Origin: Hydrolagus colliei
Taxonomy: Eukaryota
Assembly (NCBI GenBank): GCA_035084275.1
Contig: CM068742.1
Span: 3,100,001 to 3,164,000, forward strand
Reading direction: 5' to 3'
DNA length: 64,000 nt
In this document: positions 48,638-61,834 of the stretch, in pieces
Layout of the letters: each line of letters opens with the position of its first letter
Position numbering within the stretch: position 1 is the stretch's first letter
The notes under the pieces: model-generated
Seen by the model: only the letters and a program-made list of their open reading frames with translations
The model's database searches: none
What the model was told of the DNA's origin: nothing
Made by a program: the position numbers and the translations under genes

Positions 48638-50252
48638 GTCATTTAGCTTAGTGGTCAGAGCACTCACTTTACAAGCGAGAGGTTCAATTCCAGGCTGGGC
48701 GAAACCTTGGACAAATTTCCTTACTCCAAAAGCCCAATAATAATCCCTCATAGAATCATAGAATCATAGAATTTTACGGCACAAAAGGAGGCCATTCGGC
48801 CCATCTAGTCTGTGCCGGCTCTTTGAAAAGAGCGATTCAATCCCATTGCCCTGCCCGCTCCCCATAGCCTAATAGACCCGTTCTTCCCAAATAAAGATCT
48901 AATTCCCTTTTAAAAGTTGTTATCGAATCAGCCTCCACCACCTTTTCAGGCAATGCATTCCAGATTCGAACAACTCGCTGAGTGAAAAAATTTCTCCTCA
49001 GCTCCCCTCTACTGCGCCTTGAAACTATTTTAAATCTGTGACCACGAGTCACAGATTCACCCACGAGTGGAAATAGTTTTTCTCTATTTGCCCTGTCGAA
49101 ACCCCTCATGATCTTATAAACCTCTATTAGGTCTCCCCTCAATCTTCTCTGCTCCAGAGAGAATAACCCTAGCCTATCTAGCCTCTCCTCATAGCTGAAG
49201 TCCCTCAATCCTGGCACCATCCTAGTAAATCTTCGTTGTACCCTTTCCAATGCCTTCACATCCTTTCTGTAGTGTGGTGACCAGAATTGAACACAGTATT
49301 CCAGCTGAGGCCTCACCAAAGTCCTATAGAGGTTAGTCAGCACTTCCTGACTTTTGTACTCTATACCCCTATTTATAAAGCCTAGTATCCCATATGCCTT
49401 CTTAACAGCCTTGTCTACCTGTCCTGCCACCTTCAACGAGTCACTAACACAAATCCCCAGGTCTCTCTGTTCCTTCACACCATTTAAAATTGTACTATCT
49501 AGCCTATATTGCCTCCCTTCATTTCTTCTCCCAAAATGCATCACCTCACACTTCTCTGCATTAAACTTCATCTGCCATGTGTCTGCCCACTTTACCAATT
49601 TGTCTATATCCTCTTGCAGATGGCTACTATCCTCCTCACTGTTTACTATTCTCCCTAACTTAGTGTCATCTGCAAACTTGGAAACTGTACTCCGTACACC
49701 CAAGTCCAGATCATTGATGTAGATTACAAACAGCAATGGTCCCAAAACCGATCCCTGTGGCACACCACTGCTCACTTCCCTCCAATCTGAAAAACAGCCG
49801 CTCACTACAACTCTCTGCTTTCTGTCTCGCAGCCAGTTGTGGATCCACGCTGCCACTGTCCCTTTTACGCCATGGGCCTTTAATTTCTTAATAAGTCTCT
49901 CATGTGGCACTTTGTCAAATGCCTTTTGAAAGTCCATGTAAACTACATCAACTGCGCTACCATTATCCACCCATTCCGTTACCTCATCAAAAAATTCTAT
50001 CAGATTTGTAAGGCAAGATTTGCCTTTAACAAATCCATGTTGACTGTCCTTTATTAGCCTCAAAAAATTTAATAAATTGATTACTTCAATCCACGACTGT
50101 TTGTGGGGGACGCTGCTGTGCGCAATTGGCTGCCACATTTCGCCCACAAATATACAGTCAATTCACTTCACAATATTTTCTGTGAAGTGCTTTGAAACGT
50201 CTAGAAGACATGAAAAGCACTGTATCAAATGCAAGGATTATTATTATTATTA
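48638..50252 (+). mobile_element. tRNA-derived SINE split in two (48638-48750 and 50058-50252) by a CR1 insertion
   Basis: The two halves join into a complete copy of the family. Confidence 0.92.
48751..50057 (-). mobile_element. Young CR1 LINE, 5'-truncated, uninterrupted ORF2 C-terminal half
   Basis: Open frame from LIKDSQHGF to GERAGQWD; ATTCTATG tail repeats; TSD CCTCA at 48746-48750 and 50058-50062. Confidence 0.98.
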
Positions 50253-51362
50253 TAAGGTTATCTTCTGTAGACATCAACAACACTGAATAGGTTGTTAAGA
50301 ACTGATGTGTTAGATAGTCATGAATACAAGATACAGAACTGGTCACACATCTACTACATATTTCCTATTCAGATGCCCAACTCTTGACAGTTCGAGGTAT
50401 GTTGAGAATTACTAAACTCTGATCAAACCGAAATCAACTGCAGTTTTCCTGCTGTTGTTCCATCTTTCAAGGGCAATAGTTAAGAATATTTTAAAATGGC
50501 ACTGAAGTCAAACAAGTAAGCTGAACATGTTTCAATGCTGAAATGAGTATGATTGCTGCAATATCATTTTCATAGCTTTCATAGAGATACTTCCCATTTT
50601 CACACTGCTAAAGCCTTGAAGATTGCATCGAGTATAATTACTGTATTGGCTTCATTGCTTTCAGTCTAGTTTACATAGGCCAGAAAAAAGAATGCAATCT
50701 CTTAACATAGAAGAACATGCAAAGGAAATTACGAACATGTGAAAAAAAACAGGAGCTAAGGAGAACAGATACAATTCCCATCAATCTGCTGGACAGAAGC
50801 CAAAGTGAATGTTACATGATTCATCTACTGTACTTAACAGTGCTACCATAAATAGAGCCGAATACAGATCGAGCTAAATGCTGATAAACAGATCATTACC
50901 ATACCAAAATATGTTATACAAGGAGCAAGAGTTTGACAAAGTGCTCATAAAATGGCCAATCTGCAAAATCTTTCATCAAAGTTCCAGTTATCATTAATTC
51001 AGCAATTTTCTTAACATAGGAGAAGCAAGCCTCACCACATAACTAAATGGTGCTGCTAAGTCTATATAAAATCTGATAATGAAGTTGGTCTACCTAATGT
51101 GCTGAGCATTCCAAACTGCACATAATTATAGAGTATTTAGTGCTGAAATGAAAATCATTGGGGAGAAATTCCACCTGGGTCTAGATTTATTCTATTGAAT
51201 ACAAAATTTGGGATCATCCGGATCTCGACTTTGAACTAAATTTGGACTTTTCTGAAAAGAAACTTAAGAGAAAACCGGCTTCTGAATTAAAGTTGTATTT
51301 AAGGATTTGTTAAACCCTGTACTTACTGAAATAATATTTATAATAATCCTTGCATTTGATAT

Positions 51363-51575
51363 CCCCCTGTCTTCCTTTAAGGCCGGTCTCAGGAACTTTC
51401 TCCTTGACCGTGCCTTCTGCTCCCCTCCTAACTCTGCTCCCCTCTCCTACTCTCCTTCCCCTTACCCCAACCCCAACCCCCCCACACCCGCTCGGGTCCC
51501 GACCTAACTGTTCAGCACCTTGGGACGTCCTCCCGACGTGAAAGGCGATCCATAAATGTAATTTTATTGTTGTTG
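51363..51575 (+). mobile_element. L2 3' end inserted into an antisense SINE tail
   Basis: SSFKAGLRNFLLD; GGGACGTCCTCCCGACGTGAAAGGCG stem-loop; (TTG)n; TSD TTGAT(A/G)T. Confidence 0.88.
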
Positions 51576-53638
51576 TTGATGTAAAGCCATAATCATGTTA
51601 TCCAGACATCTCAAACCACTTCATAGAACATACCATATGAAGTCAATCGACTGTATATTTGGGGGGTGAGAATGTCACAAAAAAAGTAAAATCTGTATAG
51701 AATTTCTCCCTGTGCATGTGTATGCCTTTGCTCGTAATAAAACTCTCCATATTGGGAATTTCCCGATGTGAAAGACTCTCTATGAATGTAATTTTGTTGT
51801 TGTTGACTAAAAAAGTATATTGTCATATTTTGCTGGGTATAAGCTGTGGGCACTTTCCTTCTACTGAGTTATATGGTTTTACATCAAAGCAATTCAATAT
51901 GAGCCATTGAATATGTTTCATTTAAAAAAAATCCCTACTCAGGCAGGAAGGACATCAAATAATCCGCTTCAAATTATTTCATTTGTTTTTTCTCTATAGT
52001 GTGTTTCACATCAAAAGGAGATCTCAAAGTGCACCAGAGGATGTACTATCAAATGTGGTGACTGCATTTTGTTAGTAGCGTACGTCCAACAATGCAGCGG
52101 ACTGCACGAGTTTCAGCATGGACTGCATGGGTCCTGGCACGGTGCTTGAACCCACAACCTTCTGCTTCAGAGGCGAGATTGCTATCAACCAAACCAGGCT
52201 TAACACATAATTAAACAAACAATTGGGGGTCTAAAGTACAATAATTTCTCACATGACCTATTTAACAATAATTCCAAGCCTAGTCACTGTAATCTCAATA
52301 ATTTATAGGATTCCACTACCTCAGACTGAGGTCTATGTGGATTCATATCAGGATTCCTTAATGATGGATAATAAATACTATGAATAGAAACCCTGCATCA
52401 GAAAATTCAAGAAGGTCTTAGACAGTGACGGGGATAGAATTTGTCTGAGGCATAGGAGCAATGTAGTAGAGAATTTCTTTTTTTTAAAAATGTATTGTTT
52501 TCACTTTTAAATGACCTACATGGACATTGATGACTGTTTCTGGTTGTGTAAAAAAAACACACACACACATACATTGGAGTCTTGGGATTTACAGAAGTTA
52601 CCGGTAACTCATTTGTGACTTTTGACTTAACTCAAAACCAGCTGCATACCAGTTGCAAAGCTAGATGCAGGTATATCTTTCACTCTCAATTTACAGGTCA
52701 GATATGACTAATAGTTTATTTTTGAACATCAGCAGGTCCTTAATCCCTATCTTTGATGTGCAGTGTATTTGAAGGCCTGATGTTGTGGGCATGGTAAATC
52801 TGCACCATTTATTTGGGTTGTATTTTGACAGACGTCAAGCATGTTATCAGTTGACTGAAAGTGGTAAGGACAGACTAAGCCCAGGGCTTTTTTCTGAACA
52901 TAATGCTATTTCTTCCAGCCTTGCTGGCCCCAATACCCTCAGAAGAATTTCCAGATGAATTATTTTGGTTGAACCTGAATTCTTGGAACGAAAGCCATCA
53001 ATGTTCTGCTGTCTTGAACATATTCTGGCTATAGGCAGCTCCAAGTTATCTTTTGTATTTATTTATAGGATATTAGCATGCATTTTTGCCATTATTCAAG
53101 TGCAATTTGAATAATAGCAATTTTTTTTATTATTTGGGGGGGGGGAGCGGTTAACCACTAAGTCAATCACCGAAGCAAGTGTTTTGTAAATAGAGAACAA
53201 CGAGTGGCAAAGTTGGTAAAGGTATATTCATTCCTTGTTTTTACTAAGAATGTTACTGTTGAAGTTGAAAGCATTAACTCATTGAAGAGGATCCCTGATG
53301 CACACAAAGGAAAAGGGAATAGAGGTATATGGGGGAGAGGGGCTTGTGTAGTGCAGTGGGGCCTGAGGAAGTGCAAGGGGCTTGCCCCTTACCTCACCTT
53401 ATGGTTGTTTGTGGGACATTGCCCTGTGCTAAACGGTTGCTCTACAAAATTCCTATGTCACTTTTTGAGACGCTTTTCAAATCGAAGATCCATGTCCTTG
53501 CATTCAAGTCCCTCCACCGCCTCATCCACCCCAGCACTGTGACTTCCTACTGCACCAAGACTGCTACCTTCACTGTCCAACACTGGACCTGCCTCACGAT
53601 AGGTGGCTAAGCGTTCAGCCATCCTGCTTTCTGAAACT

Positions 53639-54141
53639 GCATTGAGAAGATAAAAATCCTACTGATTTGGTGAGTGTAATAGTGACTGTAAAAAAGCCAG
53701 ACAAGTCATCAAGAATTGACTTCGACCCCCAGCAACTAAACAAAGGGAACGTTACACAATACATACCTCTGCTTGAAGATATGCGTGCAGTTTTACACAT
53801 AGTTATTTTTTTTCAGCACTGGACTCTTCTCTGGGATAATATAAGTTAAATTGACAAAGAGCAGTGCATGCTTAACAGCGTTTGGGAGATACTGTTTTTT
53901 GGACAATGCCCATTTGGCATGAATGCAGCACAAGAGATATTCCAGAAGAAATTTGCACAAATTCTGGAAGGATACCAGGTGTAATAAATGACAGTACATA
54001 GATGCCATATTAATATTCAGAAGGACAAGAAAGTTGCATGATGAATGTCTAGAAAGTGTATTGTAGAAGTGTTTCGAAGAAAATATAAAATTAAATTGAG
54101 TAAAGTGCAAAATAGGAGTGACAGATATCAAATATCTCGGT
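53639..54141 (+). mobile_element. Decayed Gypsy/Ty3 LTR-retrotransposon RT fragment
   Basis: Across frameshifts: PTDLVSVIVTVKKPDKSSRIDFDPQQLNK, AFGRYCF, MNAAQEIFQK, YIDAILI (YxDD site), LHDECL, NIKLN*VKC..GVTDIKYLG. Confidence 0.85.
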
Positions 54142-54151
54142 AGCCAATCTT

Positions 54152-54515
54152 GGAGATCCTGTGGCTCAGTGGTTAGAGCACTTGTCTTGCAAGCTGGGGA
54201 GACCAAGCTGGGGGGAGACCCGTGTTCGAATCCAGGAAGGTCAGGGCGAAACCTTGGGCAAGTTTCCCTCAAGAGCAATCCTTTCAGTCTCTTTATCTAC
54301 CCTTTCCGCATTCCCCGCAGCTGACTGTTTCAAGGTGTGCGTCTAGTTCCTTTTTGAAGGTCCATATGGATTTTGCCTCAACCAACGCTCTAATAAGAGT
54401 ATTCCATAACTTTGCTACCCTGTGAGTGAAAACAAATTCTCCCAACCTCCCCACTTGATCGTTTACCATCTTATTAAATTAATGTCCTCTGGTTACCGAC
54501 TCACTGACCAGTAAT
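54152..54515. mobile_element. SINE head (plus) fused to an old CR1 3' fragment (minus)
   Basis: GTGGCTCAGTGGTTAGAGC...GTTCGAATCC...GAAACCTTGGGCAAGTTTCC, then CR1-type AAGAGCAATCC...GAGTGAAAACAAATTCTCC. Confidence 0.8.
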
Positions 54516-54751
54516 ATAATCATGAAATGGTCATGAATCTTGTGACATGATAAACTGTAGCTGACGTTCCTGCACATGTCGTGTGTTTGCACTCACGACA
54601 GCCAACACATCTTTCATTTTTCTCAGAGCAGTATAACCACTGAAAGGATATCACAATTCTCCATATTGGAGCGAGCTGCAGATTTCTGGACTTATCTCTG
54701 CTTATAATGTAGTTTGATTGAATCTCATTTGTATCAGTGATTTACATTAGC

Positions 54752-54812
54752 GCACACACACACATATATATATATATACAGTATATATCTATATATATAT
54801 ATATATATATAT
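54752..54812. repeat. (CA)n(TA)n microsatellite
   Basis: Dinucleotide run. Confidence 0.95.
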
Positions 54813-56374
54813 GTACTTCTATGCAAATGAACTCACCAAATAAATCATTTCTAACTATGTGACATATCATGCAGACATGATAGCTCAGCAAGTGACCTTG
54901 GCCATGTATTTTGATAGAGTCATTTGTTTTCCATTAAGACGTATTATAGTTTAAGTTCGTTGCAATCTCTGCAAAACAATAAACAAATGCACTTATATAT
55001 TCCACAGGGCATTAATTGGATAATGCTTGAGACAGAAAACATGCATCACCAACTTCTCTAAAGGTTTGTAAATAAATAACAGCGCTCCAGTCATTGAGCA
55101 TCAAAAGTACATTGAGACTTAAGAGAGTGAATAAAATAAATGTTATGTTGAGAATCCTTTACTTGCCCGTTATCTTGCAGATTGCAGCAAACACTGATGT
55201 CCACAGATCTTGTACAGCATTTCTGTGTAGCACATTGACTTATAGCAGAGTACACACAGTGCATTCATCACATCTACTGTCATCCTACTGAGTTTGTATT
55301 ATTTTGTTATAGCAGATTGGCCTCATTGATCTTTCCTATATGTAACCTTGTCACTGTATCAGCAGCTAAGAGCAGTAACCAGGAGTGTTATTTAAAGGCA
55401 TCATCAGACTTTTTTGGTAGCAAACCGTGTGATTATAAGCCTCTCACTGTATTAGTGCCCTTGCTGATGTTTCATCGGTTGTATTAGAATATTAAGAACC
55501 AGGAAAGAACACTGTGGCCCATCTCACCTTTCTCAAATTGACATAATTAATACACGTTTTGGTCTGTCTTACACTTCAATCACAATGTATTTGCTAATTA
55601 GCCAACTATCTCTTTATTTTGCTGACACCAACTGATCTCCACTACCTCCCTGGACAGCCTATTCCACATATTAACTGCACTTTATGTAGAGTAATTAAAT
55701 CTGGACTGCCACGTTATCTGCCATCTTTAGCCCACTCTTGAAACTTTAACTGCCAAGAGAACACGCTCAACTAATATCCCATAACTGGCACCACACAACT
55801 GTCCACATCTGCCTTTATTCTGTAATTCAGCCTCCTACCATCAGGAATATGTTGGCTGTCTCCATTTGCTCTTACTCTTGCTCTCTTGCATTCTTTACTG
55901 TCCCAATTCATGTATATTAGATGAAGTAATTAATATCATGAAGAGAAGTGAATGCAGGTACTAATAATGTTTATATTCAATGTACTGTAGTTAGAATTGA
56001 GCTACGTTGTATTTTGAGAGAACAAGAAATCTTTCATAGGTAATTTATGCAGCTAGGAAATAAACTGGAGGGTACAAACTCTGCAGTTAATGGTAAGGTT
56101 TTGATATAAGTTATTTTATTTATTTTAAGTTCAATTAAATCATCCTTGCATTATAATATATATTTTTAAATCCTTGCCATTTGCATGCACTGTGAAATAA
56201 ATTAAATATTGTCAAACAGTAGACTCCAGACTCCACTTCAAACAGGTTTTATTAAACGCAGTAATACTATTTTTAATAGGATGAAGGATACCACTGCTGC
56301 AACATTAACTGCCATCTCCACTTTTGGGACACAGTCTCAACACTAAGCACTCCCAGATCAGTTGAGGTACTTGT

Positions 56375-57200
56375 TCCCCATCCACCGCCTCCTCCCCACA
56401 AACCACAGCCCTTAACCATCCCTCCCTATACACCTCCAACTATATCATCCCATCTTCCCTCACCTCCATCATTTGAAAAACAAAGCCCACTCCATCCTCA
56501 CGTCTCTCCTCATCTCCCAGCTCCAATTCCTGGTCCCTCTCTTAACCAAAATGATCAACCTTTCCTTATCCACTGGCACTGATCTCCCTGGAATGAGTCA
56601 TTGCATCCGAGCTTCGCTCTTTCTTCTCCTACCATTCCCTCTTCAAACCCCTCCAATCAGGATTCCATACTGCCCACAGCACAGAAAGAGCGCTCGGCAA
56701 AGTCACTGATGACATTCTGAACATCTGTAACCGGAGCTCTCTCTGTCTCCTTGTCCTCCTCCACCTCACTGCTGCCTTCAACACAGTCGACCATAATACC
56801 TTCTTATGTTGCCACTCTTCTCAGCTCAGTCTTCGCCGTCCTGCCTGTGCCTGTTTCAAATCTTACCACTCCCAGTGCTTCGACTTTGTCGCCACCAATG
56901 GCTTCTCCTCCAGCCTCCATACTGTCAAGTGTGGCTTCCCCAGGCTTCTTTCCTTGGCCCTCGCCTTTTCAATATCAATATACTCCTCCTTTGCTCCCCC
57001 TTCTGCAGACATGGGACCAACTTCCACATTTGGTCACTCAATCCACAACTGTTTGTGGGATATTGCTGTGCGCGATCGGCTGCCGCATTTCACACACAAA
57101 ATATACAGTCAATCTATTTTGCAATATATTCCTTGATGCGCTTTGAGTGGTCTTGAAGACATGATAAGGCGCTGTATGAAATGAAAGGATTCATTTTCAT
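56375..57200 (+). mobile_element. Decayed L2 fragment followed by the 3' half of a SINE
   Basis: LLTKMINLSLSTG; GCCTTCAACACAGTCGACCAT (AF.TVDH); SINE 3' half starts at ~57030. Confidence 0.8.
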
Positions 57201-57502
57201 TATAAATTCATTTTCTGTGCTTATGATAATTATCGCAACACACATCATAGTTGAATCTCTTTCGTGCATAGATGATTAAGAACTCATGTTTCATTGGAGT
57301 AGTGTGTCAGTCACAGCAGGTTTAATTTGGATTCAAACCCTGATTGCAGAGGTAAAATGTTTCTGTGCCAAGTCACTGTACCATGTATACTCCGAAACTG
57401 CAATCTCTTATTCTTTAAATCTGAATATTTTGTATCAAAGCTATCAGTGTCATCATGAAAATGCAGCACTTCCCATAACAGGGGCACCATAACAATGATG
57501 TA

Positions 57503-58201
57503 CAGTAGAAGCCTGTTTATCCGGCACCCGGGGGACCCGGCCAATGCCGGTTAAAGCGCCTGCTGGATGTTCGGGCGGCCCGCGGCCGAAAACCCACCAC
57601 AAAAAAATCTAAGTTCTTTTAACACACACCATACACACCAGACTAGGTAATAACAGATAAAACAGAATATTACATTGGCACCCACCGGCAAAACCACTCT
57701 CCTGCGCTTCTCACCCCCACTGATTGAGGTTTACAGTCCAGCGACCCTTCCCCAAATGGAGGACGCCAAGCGGGTGAAAAAAACGGCAGCACGATTTCAA
57801 AGTTGCGCGACTTTACTCGCGGCAAGCCGAAATACTGCACCTGCACGACAATGTGGGTTATCGGCTGGCGTTATCGGCTTGTATGACTTTAAAGTTATAC
57901 GCGCTCCATTTTTTCCATCCGCTTGGCGTGCCCCAACCCAGAAAGAATCGCTGGAATACGAACCTCGGCCGCAGCATCATGGCTTCAAGCGCAGCATCTA
58001 CCAACAAAGATAAAAAGCGCAAGAGAGCAGCTCCAACAACAAGCACCAATACAACATTCTGTCATTATGTTATTATTTATGCATTTACAAATGCTCCACT
58101 GCTATTGTTCCGGATAAGTTCCGGTTTATCAAATGGGGACTTTTTTGTGGGCGTGCGTGTTATACGGAAGTGACGGTTCACGGATAAACGGGCTTCTACT
58201 G
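57503..58201 (+). mobile_element. Tigger/pogo-like internal-deletion derivative (699 bp) retaining a probable transposase start
   Basis: TA|CAGTAGAAGCCTGTTTATCCG ... CGGATAAACGGGCTTCTACTG|TG; ATG at 57979 reads MASSAASTNKDKKRKRAAPT. Confidence 0.88.
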
Positions 58202-59292
58202 TGCATTGAATAGCGTGGATAATAATTTATAATAATGAGAATTTACTGTAAAATAAATGTGTTTTGTCGGGAATCACAACTGTACTTTGTAGGTGATCTA
58301 CAACCTTTTTCAGGTATCAAGTAAAAATGAAAATGTACACTCACACAATCAGGGGTGATTGCCGCGCTATCGTTTCTCAACATCTTAACTTAAAACAGGG
58401 GAGCTGATTGCTGATGGGTATCGTGTTGCCTTTGTCTTTCACGGATTACCATCAAGTGAGTAATGGTGACATTACAGTGGTACATTTCACATTACTGTAC
58501 AGGCTGTGCGCAATTGGCTGTCGCATTTTGTGTGCAAACATCTTGCCCGCATTCTACTGCATGAAAGATGTAGCCTGGTTTGTTGCTGTAGCTCACAGCC
58601 GAGCCCTCAACAAACCCTCCCGGATAGTAGTTATTTGAAAAGCAATGTTTTTTCGTTGGCACCTGGTTAAACCTTGTATGGAAGGAAAAACAAAGGCTCA
58701 ATTTGCAGAACATTTATGGAATAGCTTGAGGCACATTTGTTTACCGTCTTTATAATTCATCCAAAGTAACATCTTCTGTTTTTTTGCAAATATGGGAACC
58801 AAAATCCAATTATATGATGATGCATTATTTCACTTGCATTTTGTAGTGACACAAAACAATATAACTGAAGGTTTAAATCACTGATATTTGCTGATTGGCG
58901 ATTTGTCCTGGAGTAATTCAGATAAATTTGTTTTCCTGGACAAAAGGGTAGAAAGCAAGGAGCATAAATCTGCACTAATCAGGTTATCACAAATAGCATT
59001 ATTTAATAGATGCAAGACCGGAGGCAACAATTAAAATTTAGTAGCTCGTGTTTTCAATATCTGATACATAATTCGCTGTGGTATTTACCTGTGGGTTGTA
59101 TTTATCGCAAATGTCACATTTTTATTTTTTTCCCACGCCTCTATCACAGCCCACAGAATTTGCAGTCATTGAACTTAATGATAATAATAATTGTGATTGT
59201 GGGAAAAATCTTTGATTCAATCTTAATTAGGAAAACAGTTTTGTGGAGTATATTTCTTTAAAATAAATATAATATAAAAAGTTTATAAGTAA

Positions 59293-59579
59293 AAATAATC
59301 CTTGCATTTGATATAGCGCTTTTCATGTTTTCTGGATGTTTCAAAGAGCTTCACAGAATATACTGTAAAGGGAATTTGTGGGCGAAACACAGCAGTCAAT
59401 TGTGCACAGCAATGTCCCACAGACAGTCGTGGATTGAAGTGACCAATTTAACAAAAACAAAATTCTTCATGGCTTATGTGTGGGGGTAAGAAAGCTTCCC
59501 CAAGGTTTCGTCTTGCCGTGAATTGAAGCCAGGTCACTCGCTTGCAAGATGAGCTCTAACCACTGAGTTACAGGACTCC
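59293..59579 (-). mobile_element. tRNA-derived SINE with L2-type tail
   Basis: Head GGAGTCCTGTAACTCAGTGGTTAGAGC; tail ATCAAATGCAAGGATTATT. Confidence 0.9.
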
Positions 59580-61834
59580 TGTAAATGCTTTGCAAATATA
59601 TCCTATAAATGCTTTGGGGCGTGCTCCTGACATGAACGGTGCTATGTCAAATGGAAAGATTATACTTACAACACCGGCACATTGCAACAAAAAGTGATGT
59701 AAGTCCTGTATTGGTTTCACAATTTTAGTAAGTTTTTCATTTCATTAAAATTAACAATTTATTGCTTTTTATTAATACTTTAAAAAAAAGGATTAAAAAG
59801 AGGTAAAGAAAATATTGAAGTTGCTGTTATCATTTGCGAAAATTATTCGATTGTGAAGGAGGAGGGAGGGAGGGAGGGCGCAACAAAAACTTTGCTGAGT
59901 TGGCTGGGCTATTTAAAGTTTGGAAGCCGCTGCATTCACGTTAAAAATTGCAGGTGAATCAGCCCACAGTCAAATACTGGCTGTGAGAGTGAATCACCTC
60001 GTCAGAGGGTGACACGGTTGTTGCCAATGCCACTGCTGGAGTTTCCAGCCACAGAGAATGGCATTTTAGTTCTGCATGATGGACTAGCAATCAGTCTCAA
60101 TTTGAGTTAACCCAGTATTTCCTGAAGCAATGAACAAATCTCACAATCTGTAGCCAATAACGCCAAGGCTGAAAGTAGTTTCAAGTCCAACCAGTTAGGT
60201 GCAGTCAAAAGGGGTACAATCTACCTTGACTTTCCACAAAATCACTGCAGTACAGACCACAGAGATTAAATCTGAGACTAATAGAAAATAAGCCTGCGCT
60301 GTACCCTATTTCTCAGAGTATTTTCCTTTCCTGAACTCATTTCCCTCCGAATCTTACTGGCTGGCCATTTTCCGGCCTTGGCCAAATTGAGATTCATTGA
60401 GTTTCCTCATAAATTCCATTTTCTCATCACATTTGTATGGGGTCAGCTGGGTATCTGACATACGCAGGAAGCCAACACCATGCTTAAAATTATCCAAATG
60501 AAACTGAGATTTTCATGCATCCCACTTACACATGAAAATTCCAGTGATAGATTGATGGAATGGGATGCATACTCCATCGTTGGAGGGATGCATCAAGCTT
60601 ACCTAATTTCTGGAAAGTCTAAGATGCATGTTAAATAATTGAAACCGTCCTGGTGTTTGTATTCTACATGACCTTCTCACCACTTCTCATCTCTTTAGTA
60701 GACCCCTCTGTTCACTTATGTACGCATCAGATTTCATCTTAAATACGTCTTTGAATACACCTGGAGTTTAAACAGCGAAAATGGCAGCTTGCCTTTGCGA
60801 ACATTGGCTGGCAAGCTTTCTGTTACTTTTTCAGTTTGGCCCACTTTACCTCTTCAAAATATCGAAGACATGTAGTTCTTCCCGATTATCGACACATACT
60901 GTGTACAGAATGGGGTGAAATGTTTGGCATTGCGTTATGTTTTCCTTGCGTTAATTAACACAAGTCTTATATTAAGAAATGCAACAATTTTCATCCCAGT
61001 ATCTTGGCTACATGTGCAGCATTTTACAGTTTATGTAAAAAAAAATACCATCTGGTGCAGATAAATACATATTTTTTTAATCAAGAAATGGCAAAGTTAT
61101 AAGTTAATAATTCAATACATTATTGATGAGAATATAAAACAGACAAATATTTGAACTTTTTAAATCATCAATTTAGCAAATCGCAACAAAAACAGAAGAT
61201 ACTTAACAGTAATATTTCTTGTCACTGATTAGATTCATCTAATGTGCTTATGCCCTTCAGTGAAACCTGGAGCAAATTTGCTTAGCTTCTGAAGCATTAA
61301 AATGACTAGTAATTTATGAATCTGTTATACGGTACTTTGTTCACTATTTTCCATTCCAGGTAATTACGCTTTAAATCAGGAGCCCAATCGGTTTGAGTTC
61401 TCAGTATTGATATGTGGATCAGGAACTTGAAATAAATCATAGCTTCCCTTTTTTGTTGGCTACATTATAGACTCAATTTTTTTTAATGATGCAGGATTTC
61501 TGCTTATCGAATCTCATATTGACCTTTCCAAACTTGTGAATGGTTCTTATCAAAGTCTATTGTGATCATCACTAGAGAGGGGCCTTTAATGACCGGTGTC
61601 CAGCAATCCACCAGATAAAATTAATCATTCACTTTCCGTCTGTTTCTGGAACATTGTTGTGCGCAAATAGGCTGGTATATTTATCTTACCATGAAATCAC
61701 TATGCCTAACAGTGAAACCTTTTAAACTCTTTGAGACATGCTCTGAACATAAAAGGCAAGATACCAACTACAAGAATTATTATTGATGTTAATATTATTA
61801 TTGCCGTCAATACTGTGTACTTTTTCCACTCTTA

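Noticed and set aside
48837-50147. 436-aa ORF as a novel fusion protein
   Set aside because: The first ~30 residues are antisense SINE sequence read through the CR1 truncation junction; there is no evidence of a domesticated gene.
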